From the IMG/VR virus record IMGVR_UViG_3300021399_000148: DNA of 20,000 nt; one strand, given 5' to 3'. The position numbers and the translations under genes were made by a program. Numbering within the stretch: the stretch's first letter is position 1; each line of letters opens with the position of its first letter. The stretch comes from an uncultured virus (IMG/VR IMGVR_UViG_3300021399_000148) (taxonomy: Duplodnaviria > Heunggongvirae > Uroviricota > Caudoviricetes). Below are positions 5,941-13,986 of the stretch, in pieces. Under the pieces are notes generated by a model. The model had not been told where the DNA came from and did not search any database. It saw only the letters and a program-made list of their open reading frames with translations.

Positions 5941-6297
5941 ATGATGACCAAGATTGATGCTTACAAGGCTGTTGTTGCTGGTGAAGTGACCGAGGAAGTT
6001 AAGGAGAAGTTCGCAGAGATGATTGCGGCTTACGAAACTGAGGCTGGAAAGCGTAGAGAGCGCGCAGCCGAGAAGAGAGCCGAGAAGAGAGCTGTTGATG
6101 CGGGCCTGGAAGCTGCAATTCTGGAGGCTCTGGGAGAGGAGCCGATGTCTGCCTCTCAGATTATGGAGGCTGTAGAGGGCATCGCAACGCCGCAGAAGGC
6201 TACCGTGCTGGTCAAGAGACTGGTTGAGGACGGAAAGGCTGAGCAGGTCGACATGAAGATCGAGAAGAGAAAGGTCAAGGGCTACGTTGTAGCTTGA
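5941..6297 (+). CDS. winged-helix protein, paralog 3
   Basis: ILEALGEEPMSASQIMEAV...QKATVLVKRLVEDGK; same architecture as paralogs 1 and 2. Confidence 0.85.
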   Translation: MMTKIDAYKAVVAGEVTEEVKEKFAEMIAAYETEAGKRRERAAEKRAEKRAVDAGLEAAILEALGEEPMSASQIMEAVEGIATPQKATVLVKRLVEDGKAEQVDMKIEKRKVKGYVVA

Positions 6298-6313
6298 TCT
6301 CATCAACTAGACG

Positions 6314-6341
6314 GAAAAAAGAGCCGAAAGGCTCTTTTTTC
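6314..6341. terminator. bidirectional intrinsic terminator
   Basis: GAAAAAAGAGCC-GAAA-GGCTCTTTTTTC. Confidence 0.9.
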
Positions 6342-6344
6342 TTT

Positions 6345-7380
6345 TGTATACGTATACGTATACGTATATATGTACGTATAATATGTATGTTTTGTATGCG
6401 GAAATTTGACTTTTAAAGTCATTTTTTAAAAAAATTTTTTTAAAAATTTGATTGGGTTCGTTGGTTGTGGCACCCACCTACTACCACTTATTATAACCTA
6501 CTACCACTCATTGTAACCTACTTCCTTTTATTCAAACCTATTCAAACCTATTCCGAACCCTATATATATACATATAGAAACTGTCGCTTTATCCACGATA
6601 GGGAGGGTCTCTTGGTACTTGAAAGGTACGCGGACCTTGCACATACACGTTCGGAACCTCAAATTTCACAATTTTAGTATACGTATTACGTATACGTTGG
6701 GTAGTTGTTGGGGTAGGCGAAGTAAAGAGTTAAATGGGGTGGGGCGGTTTAAGAACTTATACGTATACGTATTATGTATACGTAGAATGAGTAGGTGGAG
6801 CTGGTGAGGGGCGGCGGAGTTAAGAAAGACAGAACTATATATATGTACATATTATATGTACGTATTATATGTACATACTATATATATGTATATATGTAGT
6901 GGCGGTATACTATATATGTAGTAGTTAATTGTAGTGGCTGTTCTGTATACGTTTTGTGTGGCTTTTCAGCCGTTGGCTAAAAGCCCACACAAAGTTTTTT
7001 TGGCCTTCGGCCTAGAGCAAAAAAAAATTTTTTTTAAAAAAAATTTTTATTTATAGTACGTATATATGTACATACTATATGTATATATTATATGTACATA
7101 TTATATATATTTCTCTTACGTTTTTATAATAAGTAGTTTTTAGTAAAAGTCTCTACTAACTTTTTCAGACGCAGATTTCAAAAAAATTTTTCTATTGTAG
7201 AGGGCGGCCGAGCGTAAGTTGCAGTGGTCCTGCAAAATTTTTGGAAAATTTTTAGCCTGAAAAATCTTGGAAAATTTTCAACCCATAAAGAATCTTGGAA
7301 AATTTCTCGGCCTGTGAAATCCTAGAAAATTTTCAACTGCGCGCAGTACCCGAAAAGAAAAATCTTGGAAAATTTCCCAA
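6345..7380. repeat. non-coding repeat-rich region at the transcription convergence point (possible origin, genome end or packaging signal)
   Basis: TATACG/TATGTACA tracts, A/T dyads, 20-bp phased ACCTA repeats, five YTRGAAAATT repeats; no credible ORF. Confidence 0.7.
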
Positions 7381-7381
7381 T

Positions 7382-7411
7382 AAAAAAGACTCAGGTTTCT
7401 ACCTAAGTCTT
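7382..7411 (-). terminator. intrinsic terminator of the minus-strand operon
   Basis: AAAGACTcAGGT-TTCT-ACCTaAGTCTTT hairpin followed by a T run on the minus strand. Confidence 0.7.
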
Positions 7412-7425
7412 TCGTTTTCCCTAAT

Positions 7426-7920
7426 CTATTTGCTCAATCTATCTGCAATTGATGAAGCTGCATATGAGTTTGGTTTTACCTCACAACTATATCCCATTCC
7501 ATTCACCCATCCAACAAGAGACTTAATTAGGTTTCTTGTCTTTCCGTTCTCTGCGTTGCCCGCATCGATATGAATTGAGATAGGACAGTTCTTGTAAATT
7601 TTTTGGAATTTTTTTTGTTGAAGAATTTCTATGAGCTGGTGCGCGACGGTAAGACTCCTATTAGTCTCCTCCTCTAACTTCTTTCTCACATCAAAAATTG
7701 ACCCTATATATTCCACATGATGAAAGAAGATGCCGCCGCGCCCTCTACAAATTATCGAAATCACAGAAACAATTTTAGTATACCCAGTTCTATTCTGAGA
7801 ATCTGTTCCTATCGTAATCTCCATTGGCTCGCCGCAATCTACATTCCTATTATAGAAGGCCAGCAACTTCTCTGGAATCTCTTCTATTGTCAATACTCCA
7901 TAAGATTGTGATCTCCACAT
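7426..7920 (-). CDS. RNase H-like YkuK family protein (DUF458)
   Basis: IGTDSQ, GGIFF, EET.RSL, IHIDAG..NGKT, KPNSYAASSIADR motifs. Confidence 0.85.
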   Translation of the reverse strand: MWRSQSYGVLTIEEIPEKLLAFYNRNVDCGEPMEITIGTDSQNRTGYTKIVSVISIICRGRGGIFFHHVEYIGSIFDVRKKLEEETNRSLTVAHQLIEILQQKKFQKIYKNCPISIHIDAGNAENGKTRNLIKSLVGWVNGMGYSCEVKPNSYAASSIADRLSK

Positions 7921-7924
7921 TGGT

Positions 7925-8122
7925 CTAATCTTCCTCTACTTCCACAGTCCATCCTTCAAAAATTAACACAAGGCGGCCAAGCAACCAAGCGATGAAACAG
8001 AGAGCCATGCAAATCCAAAACTCTCCTTCTTTCATTCCTCCAAAAAAATTACTAAAACCAATTCCAACCAGCAAAACAATAACCCATACAGCTACAAGAA
8101 TTGCTTCTGCTTTATCTCTCAT
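7925..8122 (-). CDS. small two-TM membrane protein
   Basis: Start moved to MRDKAE after GGAGG; two hydrophobic stretches. Confidence 0.75.
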   Translation of the reverse strand: MRDKAEAILVAVWVIVLLVGIGFSNFFGGMKEGEFWICMALCFIAWLLGRLVLIFEGWTVEVEED

Positions 8123-8285
8123 TTGACTCTTCCTCCAACCCACAAATTTCATCTGCAATAAAGTCTAACATCACCTGTAAGTCCTCTACGAACTGCGGGT
8201 AAATGCAGATGCTGCCACTCGGCGTTTTGAAATTCTTGGAAAATCTTTTATAAGATTCCATTAATCTTTTAATTCTAATCATCAT
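8112..8285 (-). CDS. hypothetical protein
   Basis: Start moved to MMIRIK after AGGAG. Confidence 0.65.
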   Translation of the reverse strand: MMIRIKRLMESYKRFSKNFKTPSGSICIYPQFVEDLQVMLDFIADEICGLEEESNER

Positions 8286-8619
8286 AACTCCTATAACTAA
8301 TTTCACAGTTTGGGTCTTCACTGCATGCATTCGCGCGCGAGGTCATCTCCTCATCCGTTATAGCCTGCGCGAACCACATTTTCATACACTCTTTATACAT
8401 TTCATCTTTATCTTCGCTATAAGCTGCACAATCTTCACACTTCTTAAACTGCCCATCATTAGGACAAAAAGGAAAAGAAGAAGTCGTTGAATAAGTTGGA
8501 AGCCACTGATTGCTCCTAACTGTAGTCCATATAACCTTAACCTTTTCCCCACTGGGAAGGGTCTGAATCATTTCAACAATATCCTGGAGTTTAATAAAGG
8601 ATTTAGTTACTTTGTTCAT
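8275..8619 (-). CDS. hypothetical Cys-containing protein
   Basis: RBS AGGAGG; 114 aa. Confidence 0.75.
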   Translation of the reverse strand: MNKVTKSFIKLQDIVEMIQTLPSGEKVKVIWTTVRSNQWLPTYSTTSSFPFCPNDGQFKKCEDCAAYSEDKDEMYKECMKMWFAQAITDEEMTSRANACSEDPNCEISYRSYDD

Positions 8620-8631
8620 TTGATTTTCCTC

Positions 8632-8769
8632 CTAAAGAATCTCGATTGAAAGAACCTCATATACATAAGTTACAACTGCTTCATAGAGTTCATCCTCAGA
8701 GTTATACTGTGTAGAGTCAACTTCGAACTCGACAAAATCATCATCAATCCATACTCTTACCGTGCGCAC
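8632..8769 (-). CDS. very acidic 45-aa protein (MRTVRVWIDDDFVEFEVD...)
   Basis: GTG start after AGGAG; fills the gap between neighbours; translated manually. Confidence 0.65.
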   Translation of the reverse strand: MRTVRVWIDDDFVEFEVDSTQYNSEDELYEAVVTYVYEVLSIEIL

Positions 8770-8772
8770 TGT

Positions 8773-8970
8773 CTATTCTCCTCTCTCCCACCGAGCATAA
8801 AATTCTTTATGTTCTTTATCTGCATTCGGACTATAAGGACTAATAGCTGTACTGATAGAATAACCACATTTACAACATCTTATTATATATGGAATTGAGG
8901 TATCTCCGCACATGGCCTCTGACCTCTCATATGCTTCACCGCCACATCTAGGACAAGGTTTAATCTCCAT
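8773..8970 (-). CDS. Lar-family restriction alleviation-like Zn-finger protein
   Basis: MEIKPCPRCGGEA...IRCCKCG pattern. Confidence 0.65.
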   Translation of the reverse strand: MEIKPCPRCGGEAYERSEAMCGDTSIPYIIRCCKCGYSISTAISPYSPNADKEHKEFYARWERGE

Positions 8971-9337
8971 TACTTTCCTCCTCTTTTACCATATATGATC
9001 CGCAATAGTGACAATAGTTCATTTGATATGCCCTTTTATCATCTACGCGATAATCTTCATCTACATGTGTTTCTACTCCACAGTTGGAGCAAATCCAATC
9101 TTCTCCGTAAGTGTCAATCCAATGCGCTCTCCTTGGTCCTAAGGCTTTCTTAACTAAATCTCTATTTTCCTCACTAATGTACGGGCAGACCAAACACCAC
9201 ACAATTTCTCTACTATCGAAATCACACAAGCGATCTGCCATTGGACAATATAACTTCATTGGTTCTCTCCTAATAACATCACTATAAGTTGGCTGTACAT
9301 CTAAGGCATCTTTATTTATCCACTCCGCCTTAATCAT
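8960..9337 (-). CDS. Zn-ribbon module protein
   Basis: AHWID...CSNCG...NYCHYCGSYM. Confidence 0.8.
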   Translation of the reverse strand: MIKAEWINKDALDVQPTYSDVIRREPMKLYCPMADRLCDFDSREIVWCLVCPYISEENRDLVKKALGPRRAHWIDTYGEDWICSNCGVETHVDEDYRVDDKRAYQMNYCHYCGSYMVKEEESNGD

Positions 9338-9338
9338 T

Positions 9339-9437
9339 CTATATACCTCCTATCAGGTGCTTCGTGATTTCATAAGTAACTATACCAATAATCACATACA
9401 CCCCTATCGGCATTCCATTACAGATATATTCAATCAT
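9339..9437 (-). CDS. 32-aa hydrophobic peptide
   Basis: RBS GAGGTG; MIEYICNGMPIGVYVIIGIV... Confidence 0.5.
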   Translation of the reverse strand: MIEYICNGMPIGVYVIIGIVTYEITKHLIGGI

Positions 9438-9449
9438 CTTGTTCACCTC

Positions 9450-9569
9450 TCATGTAGAGTGATACATAAACAAAAGTCCAAACAGTGCTATCCACCAATG
9501 GTCGAATTGCCAAGCAAGAAAGATAAAGCCAGCAACTGCGATAGCACTTACAACAAATGCCATTTTCAT
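9450..9569 (-). CDS. 39-aa membrane peptide
   Basis: ATGA coupling; MKMAFVVSAIAVAGFIFLAWQFDHWWIALFGLLF. Confidence 0.55.
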   Translation of the reverse strand: MKMAFVVSAIAVAGFIFLAWQFDHWWIALFGLLFMYHST

Positions 9570-9736
9570 TCTTCTATATCTCTCAACATTTTTTCTACAA
9601 GTATTGCTGGAATTTTTATCATTGCTTGCTCAAGTCCTTCTACCGTAATTCTGGCAAAGTAATAAGCAACTTTATAGCTCATGTCATACTCATCCATGAT
9701 TACTTCCGCTACCTTTTCAACATTTTCTTTTTTCAT
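9566..9736 (-). CDS. hypothetical protein, 56 aa
   Basis: ATGA overlaps at both ends; MKKENVEKVAEVIMDEY... Confidence 0.65.
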   Translation of the reverse strand: MKKENVEKVAEVIMDEYDMSYKVAYYFARITVEGLEQAMIKIPAILVEKMLRDIEE

Positions 9737-10014
9737 TCTATTTCAACCCCCATTTTTGCTCCACAGTTAAAACAAAATCTGTAACATATTACGGTCTTTG
9801 CTCTGCAATTCGAACACTCCATCCAACCCATAAATGCCATTTCTTCATTTTCCTCTACAGTAAAATTTCTCCAATAGGCCCTCTTTGGCTCTGCGGCCTT
9901 GTGTAATGCTTCACAAATAGGCTCATTAACACTTGTACAAAATCCACCAATCGGGTCACAGTTACCAAGAGATGTTCGCATCTGACATTTCGGATATTTT
10001 TTAATGTTGCTCAT
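9733..10014 (-). CDS. Zn-ribbon module protein
   Basis: AYWRN...ECSNC...RFCFNCGAKM. Confidence 0.8.
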   Translation of the reverse strand: MSNIKKYPKCQMRTSLGNCDPIGGFCTSVNEPICEALHKAAEPKRAYWRNFTVEENEEMAFMGWMECSNCRAKTVICYRFCFNCGAKMGVEIE

Positions 10015-10189
10015 TCTTCTTTATCTTCTCCTCTACCTTAGGACACTGCCAGTAATTACAAAAACTATCCGTTAACCTACATCTTCCTAAAGTAAAACCA
10101 ATATAATACTTTTTGCAAAACAATGCTCTGAAAAAATGTCTGATAGTTTTTCCTATATGTATAATTTTCTTTCCCCATTCATATATCAT
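10001..10189 (-). CDS. small basic Cys-rich protein
   Basis: Start moved to MIYEWG, which has an ATGA overlap. Confidence 0.6.
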   Translation of the reverse strand: MIYEWGKKIIHIGKTIRHFFRALFCKKYYIGFTLGRCRLTDSFCNYWQCPKVEEKIKKNEQH

Positions 10190-10524
10190 ACCTCGCCCTC
10201 CGTTAGACACGATTTGAGTATGGGCATCCATTTGAGAATTGGGATGCCTGGGAAATACATGCTATCTGTGCTCTCCCATTTCCCATTGCTATACCATGCT
10301 GTAAATATATCAGCCCCGTCATCAACCAGTACGATTTCTTCCTCATCGGGCAACCACTCAGAACATAGTATCCATGGGTTTACGGTCGGTTGTTCATCGA
10401 TGTCCTCGCAGAGGCCTTCAATAACCTCTTCCACCCATTTTTCATTATCTCTAAACAAGTGTCTCACGCTTTCCCAACTACTTCGAATAGAGTATTTAAA
10501 TGCGTCTGCATCTATCAATCTCAT
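10186..10524 (-). CDS. DUF551-like protein with MRLIDAD N-terminal module
   Basis: WILCSEWLP...VLV...W...WMP signature. Confidence 0.75.
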   Translation of the reverse strand: MRLIDADAFKYSIRSSWESVRHLFRDNEKWVEEVIEGLCEDIDEQPTVNPWILCSEWLPDEEEIVLVDDGADIFTAWYSNGKWESTDSMYFPGIPILKWMPILKSCLTEGEV

Positions 10525-10691
10525 GCCTCACCATCCTCTCTACCAATCTCAAACATTTGTGTTTTCTTAAACGTTACTTGATTTAAAGTAATTTCGTAAT
10601 GCCAATCTGGATTATCTGCCATAAACTTTTCCATCAGTTCTTTTTCTTTCGGGAATATGAACGTCACCATTGTTTTTTCTATTATGAACAT
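10521..10691 (-). CDS. hypothetical protein, 56 aa
   Basis: Coupled at both ends; MFIIEKTMVTFIFPKE... Confidence 0.6.
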   Translation of the reverse strand: MFIIEKTMVTFIFPKEKELMEKFMADNPDWHYEITLNQVTFKKTQMFEIGREDGEA

Positions 10692-10864
10692 CACTCACCA
10701 TCCTCTTTCCACTCACCATAACTCTCATGGTCTTCCTTAAGCCAAATTATCAAACCACCTCGACTAATTGAGTAGCGATATTGCAAGCGGTATAACCAAT
10801 CGGTATAAAGCCAACTAGCGAACTCTTCTTCCGATAGAGTCCTCAGCCATTCAAGATTTGTCAT
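10691..10864 (-). CDS. hypothetical protein (MTNLEWLRTLSEEEFASWL)
   Basis: Start moved to the ATG after GGAGGG. Confidence 0.7.
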   Translation of the reverse strand: MTNLEWLRTLSEEEFASWLYTDWLYRLQYRYSISRGGLIIWLKEDHESYGEWKEDGE

Positions 10865-10916
10865 TGCTCTTTCCCTCCCCACATAACTGCTCCGCAGTAC
10901 CACAAAATTCGTTTTC

Positions 10917-11315
10917 TCATAATCCTAACTCCTCCGCTTTCATCTTTGCATATGCATCCTGTGCCATCTTAATAGCATGGTCTTTATCTTTCGCGAAAAA
11001 TACACCTGACATGTTTGCAAGAGAAAACGCCCTCAGTCTCATTCTTTCAAGTTCTCCATGTCCTATGTAGTCGGTTTTACTTGCGCTCCACACTCCATCT
11101 ATAAGGAAAACCTCAAACATATCGTTATCGAAAGTTGCCTTTGGTTCGTCAACTTCCACTTCATAAATTGAATATGCATCAATATACATGTATTCCTGAC
11201 GCATATACTCCTTGATTACCGACTCAATGTACGCAACTGCTTTTTCCCTTGATGTGAATGCTCCAACTATTCTTCTATCTGAGTATTCACCACATTCTAC
11301 AACATATATCTTCAT
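10917..11315 (-). CDS. hypothetical phage protein (MKIYVVECGEYSD...GAFTSREKA)
   Basis: Start moved to the ATGA overlap after AAGGAG. Confidence 0.8.
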   Translation of the reverse strand: MKIYVVECGEYSDRRIVGAFTSREKAVAYIESVIKEYMRQEYMYIDAYSIYEVEVDEPKATFDNDMFEVFLIDGVWSASKTDYIGHGELERMRLRAFSLANMSGVFFAKDKDHAIKMAQDAYAKMKAEELGL

Positions 11316-11602
11316 TCCGAATCTTCTCCTTCCATCAGCGCGCCGCAGTTTTCGCAAAAGTTAGGATAAACTCCTTGTGTTGACATCATGCTTCGTTCGT
11401 GACCACACTTGTTACATCTCACTTTCCATGTATATGTCTCACTATCAATATCAATCCAATGCCCTTTGCGGTCTGTGGATGGCAAGTGTTTAAGAATAAT
11501 CGTGAACAATCTGACCCATTCTTTATTTGTTCTGTTCGATTCATACTCACCAAACGGCTGTATCTCTTCAATCGCGGCCTGTCGACTTATATTATCATTC
11601 AT
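11312..11602 (-). CDS. ISRQAAI module + Zn-ribbon module protein
   Basis: NISRQAAI...LPS...GHWID...CNKCG...NFCENCGALM. Confidence 0.8.
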   Translation of the reverse strand: MNDNISRQAAIEEIQPFGEYESNRTNKEWVRLFTIILKHLPSTDRKGHWIDIDSETYTWKVRCNKCGHERSMMSTQGVYPNFCENCGALMEGEDSE

Positions 11603-11765
11603 TATTTTGCTCCCTCTTTTGGTATTCATTCCCACATTTCCATCCCACACTAAATGCCGCGTCCCACTTATCATCATAATAAAAATTCAACACTATTAAT
11701 CCCGCAAGTCCAAGGCCAAATATCAAGCCTATAAATAGAGACAATAAATCAATCGTTATTTGCAT
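11595..11765 (-). CDS. small membrane protein
   Basis: Start moved to MQITIDLL; one TM segment. Confidence 0.7.
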   Translation of the reverse strand: MQITIDLLSLFIGLIFGLGLAGLIVLNFYYDDKWDAAFSVGWKCGNEYQKREQNNE

Positions 11766-12399
11766 TCTTTTTCCCTTCCATCTTTGCTCCGCAATACCAA
11801 CAATATGGCACTTCCAACACCTCTGCTTGAAGGTCTGTGTGTCCACAGTTAGAACACTCATATAGTGCATTACCATTGGCTAAGTCTTGTTTATCTTGCT
11901 CCTTCCATCTGATCCACCGCCCTGTCTTCGGCTCTGTGGATGGCAACCTCATCAATTCCTTCATTGCTTCAGCCCTGTCGATTAAATACATATTATCCGC
12001 TGCGGATATTGGTCTGGCAATATCGTTTATGTTCATCAGCGCATCGATCGCCGCCTGTCGGCTGATTGCATCTGAATTGTTCGGAATTTCCAAAGATACT
12101 TGTACAAACTCAAATTCCTGTGCTTCTCCATCAATCGCATTTTGAATGAATCGTCCTGCATTTCTGAATGCTTTTGCAGATACCGAATTACCGACACTGT
12201 GTATAAGTGTTTTTGCTGATTCTTTTACCAGCGGCATCCTGTCAATACTGTCAAGCCATCCCATTTGCCAAAAGCGAAAAAGAATGTCGTCAATGACCTT
12301 TATCTCTTCTGGACTGGTTTCAATATTTGTTGATTCGATTAGTTCTTTCTTAAATCTTTCAATCAGTTCAAACCTATTATCTGCACACATATCAGCCAT
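11749..12399 (-). CDS. multi-module protein ending in ISRQAAID + Zn-ribbon
   Basis: Start moved to MADMC; AISRQAAID...LPS...GRWI...CSNCG...YCWYCGAKM. Confidence 0.8.
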   Translation of the reverse strand: MADMCADNRFELIERFKKELIESTNIETSPEEIKVIDDILFRFWQMGWLDSIDRMPLVKESAKTLIHSVGNSVSAKAFRNAGRFIQNAIDGEAQEFEFVQVSLEIPNNSDAISRQAAIDALMNINDIARPISAADNMYLIDRAEAMKELMRLPSTEPKTGRWIRWKEQDKQDLANGNALYECSNCGHTDLQAEVLEVPYCWYCGAKMEGKKNANND

Positions 12400-12679
12400 C
12401 CTTTTCTCCTTCCCACTCCCACTCCCCTCCACAGTATGGGCAAATTCTAAAATAATGCCAATTCAAATCTTTAAAAACAAGTCCACATCGACTACATCTT
12501 ATCATCTCATGACCGTCATGTATCCACTCACCACTTTCTCGTTCTTGCTCTACGGAAGGCAACGATTCAATTGCGTTAATAAAACGTTCACTTCTGTTTA
12601 GGTCTAAATATCCAAACTCCTTCTGCATCCACCCAGTAAATACACTTATTGCTGCATATCTGCTAATTGCGTTATCCAT
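12392..12679 (-). CDS. ISR module + Zn-ribbon protein
   Basis: AISRYAAI...LPSVE...GEWI...CSRCG...CPYCG. Confidence 0.8.
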   Translation of the reverse strand: MDNAISRYAAISVFTGWMQKEFGYLDLNRSERFINAIESLPSVEQERESGEWIHDGHEMIRCSRCGLVFKDLNWHYFRICPYCGGEWEWEGEKDG

Positions 12680-12902
12680 CTGTAGCCTCCCCTATACAAT
12701 GATACATCTCAAGGTATGTCTCCATTCGATTAGGATTGATAACTTGAAAAAGAAATTCTAGAAAATCATTTGGTAACTCTACGGATGGCAAATTCTTCAT
12801 TGCTTCGTATTCATCACACTTGTCATCGTCTGAACACGACACAAATGGACATGTGTCGCAAACCACTTTTAACGCCGCCTCTCTGCTAATCAAATTACTC
12901 AT
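12672..12902 (-). CDS. ISR module protein, Cys-rich
   Basis: LISREAAL...CDTC...LPSVE. Confidence 0.75.
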   Translation of the reverse strand: MSNLISREAALKVVCDTCPFVSCSDDDKCDEYEAMKNLPSVELPNDFLEFLFQVINPNRMETYLEMYHCIGEATDG

Positions 12903-13080
12903 CGTCTACTCCTTTCATTTGTTTGCCGCAGTTCGGGCAGAAAGCATAATCCTCAAGGGAAAACTTTCCGCACACGGAACATCTGTAGATGAAATAGCCC
13001 CCAGTATAAGGTGTAATGGTAATCCACTTACGCGCTTTCGGCTCAATCGGAGCTTGCCTGATTATTAAGTCATTCTTCAC
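12895..13080 (-). CDS. stand-alone Zn-ribbon module protein
   Basis: KWI...YRCSVCG...FCPNCGKQM. Confidence 0.8.
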   Translation of the reverse strand: MKNDLIIRQAPIEPKARKWITITPYTGGYFIYRCSVCGKFSLEDYAFCPNCGKQMKGVDDE

Positions 13081-13229
13081 TCTCCATCCTCTCCTCTTAA
13101 AATACGAGCAATCTTCTCATCTATTGCTTGAAAAGTTTCAGTATCTTCGAAAGCTATCATTACCAAAGTCGTAAACATAGTCAATACAAATACTACAGCC
13201 ATAATTCCTAAAATTATTTCCCAAATCAT
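13077..13229 (-). CDS. small membrane protein
   Basis: Start moved to MIWEIILG, which has an ATGA overlap. Confidence 0.7.
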   Translation of the reverse strand: MIWEIILGIMAVVFVLTMFTTLVMIAFEDTETFQAIDEKIARILRGEDGE

Positions 13230-13516
13230 TCTTCGTTCCTTTCTATCTTTGCTCCACAGATACAGCAATAATTTATCTCATCAGCAAAATGTGGATCATA
13301 CGACTGCCCGCACCAGCTACAATACCACTTTGGGGTATATTCTGTTGCATATTTGCCTAACTTAGACACATCATATTCTTTAACCCAATAAGCATCTCTT
13401 CTTATATCAACGACTGGAGCAAACTCAATCAAATCGATAATCTCATAGTTATCTCTTCTATATTCGCCTTTGTCGTGAATTTTGTCTATCAGCGCATCTA
13501 CATCAATTAGTCTCAT
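13226..13516 (-). CDS. MRLID module + Zn-ribbon protein
   Basis: MRLIDVDAL...APVVD...AYWV...CSWCG...NYCCICGAKI. Confidence 0.8.
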   Translation of the reverse strand: MRLIDVDALIDKIHDKGEYRRDNYEIIDLIEFAPVVDIRRDAYWVKEYDVSKLGKYATEYTPKWYCSWCGQSYDPHFADEINYCCICGAKIERNEE

Positions 13517-13740
13517 AATCCCAACTCCTCTTTAGTTATGTCCAAGGAAGCCGTGAAACTGAAAGTATTTACATAATCTTCGACTATCCTTTTCCTTACG
13601 GTTATATACACAAAATCACCAATTCGTTCCTCTCTATAACTGATCCACCCAGACTTCTTAGCCTCGCGCCGAAAAGCCGCCAAAGATTTTCGCTCAGTCA
13701 ACGCATTAAACGTCGCATTCATCTCAATGTCAAACGTCAT
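13513..13740 (-). CDS. hypothetical protein
   Basis: Start moved to MTFDIE after GGAGG. Confidence 0.7.
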   Translation of the reverse strand: MTFDIEMNATFNALTERKSLAAFRREAKKSGWISYREERIGDFVYITVRKRIVEDYVNTFSFTASLDITKEELGL

Positions 13741-13972
13741 TTCGAATGTCCTCCACATAATACTCTGGTACTTCGATTAACGGGCAATCTACATAAACCT
13801 CATTAAATGGATTATGTATATTCTCTCCACAAGATACATACTCATTAAACTGAATCCCCAACATAGCACATCCATCACGACCTGGAGGGTATCCATCATC
13901 TCTTATGGTATAGAAGCAAGGACACTCCCAGCATCGTTTCGGCTTTTTCAAATGTTTAATATATATTGCCAT
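13730..13972 (-). CDS. small Cys-rich phage protein (PKRCWECPCF...DCPLIEV)
   Basis: Start moved to MAIYIK after AAGGAG. Confidence 0.75.
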   Translation of the reverse strand: MAIYIKHLKKPKRCWECPCFYTIRDDGYPPGRDGCAMLGIQFNEYVSCGENIHNPFNEVYVDCPLIEVPEYYVEDIRNDV

Positions 13973-13986
13973 TTCTTTCTCCTTTT

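Noticed and set aside
5941..6380. Z-alpha domain proteins binding the adjacent RY tracts
   Set aside because: The Z-DNA-contacting Asn/Tyr/Trp residues are not evident, and the tracts are AT-rich, which disfavours Z-DNA.
5446..7376. CRISPR array interpretation of the GGGAGCTGC or TTGGAAAATT repeats
   Set aside because: Repeats are only 9-15 bp, spacers are short and irregular, and there are no cas genes in the window.
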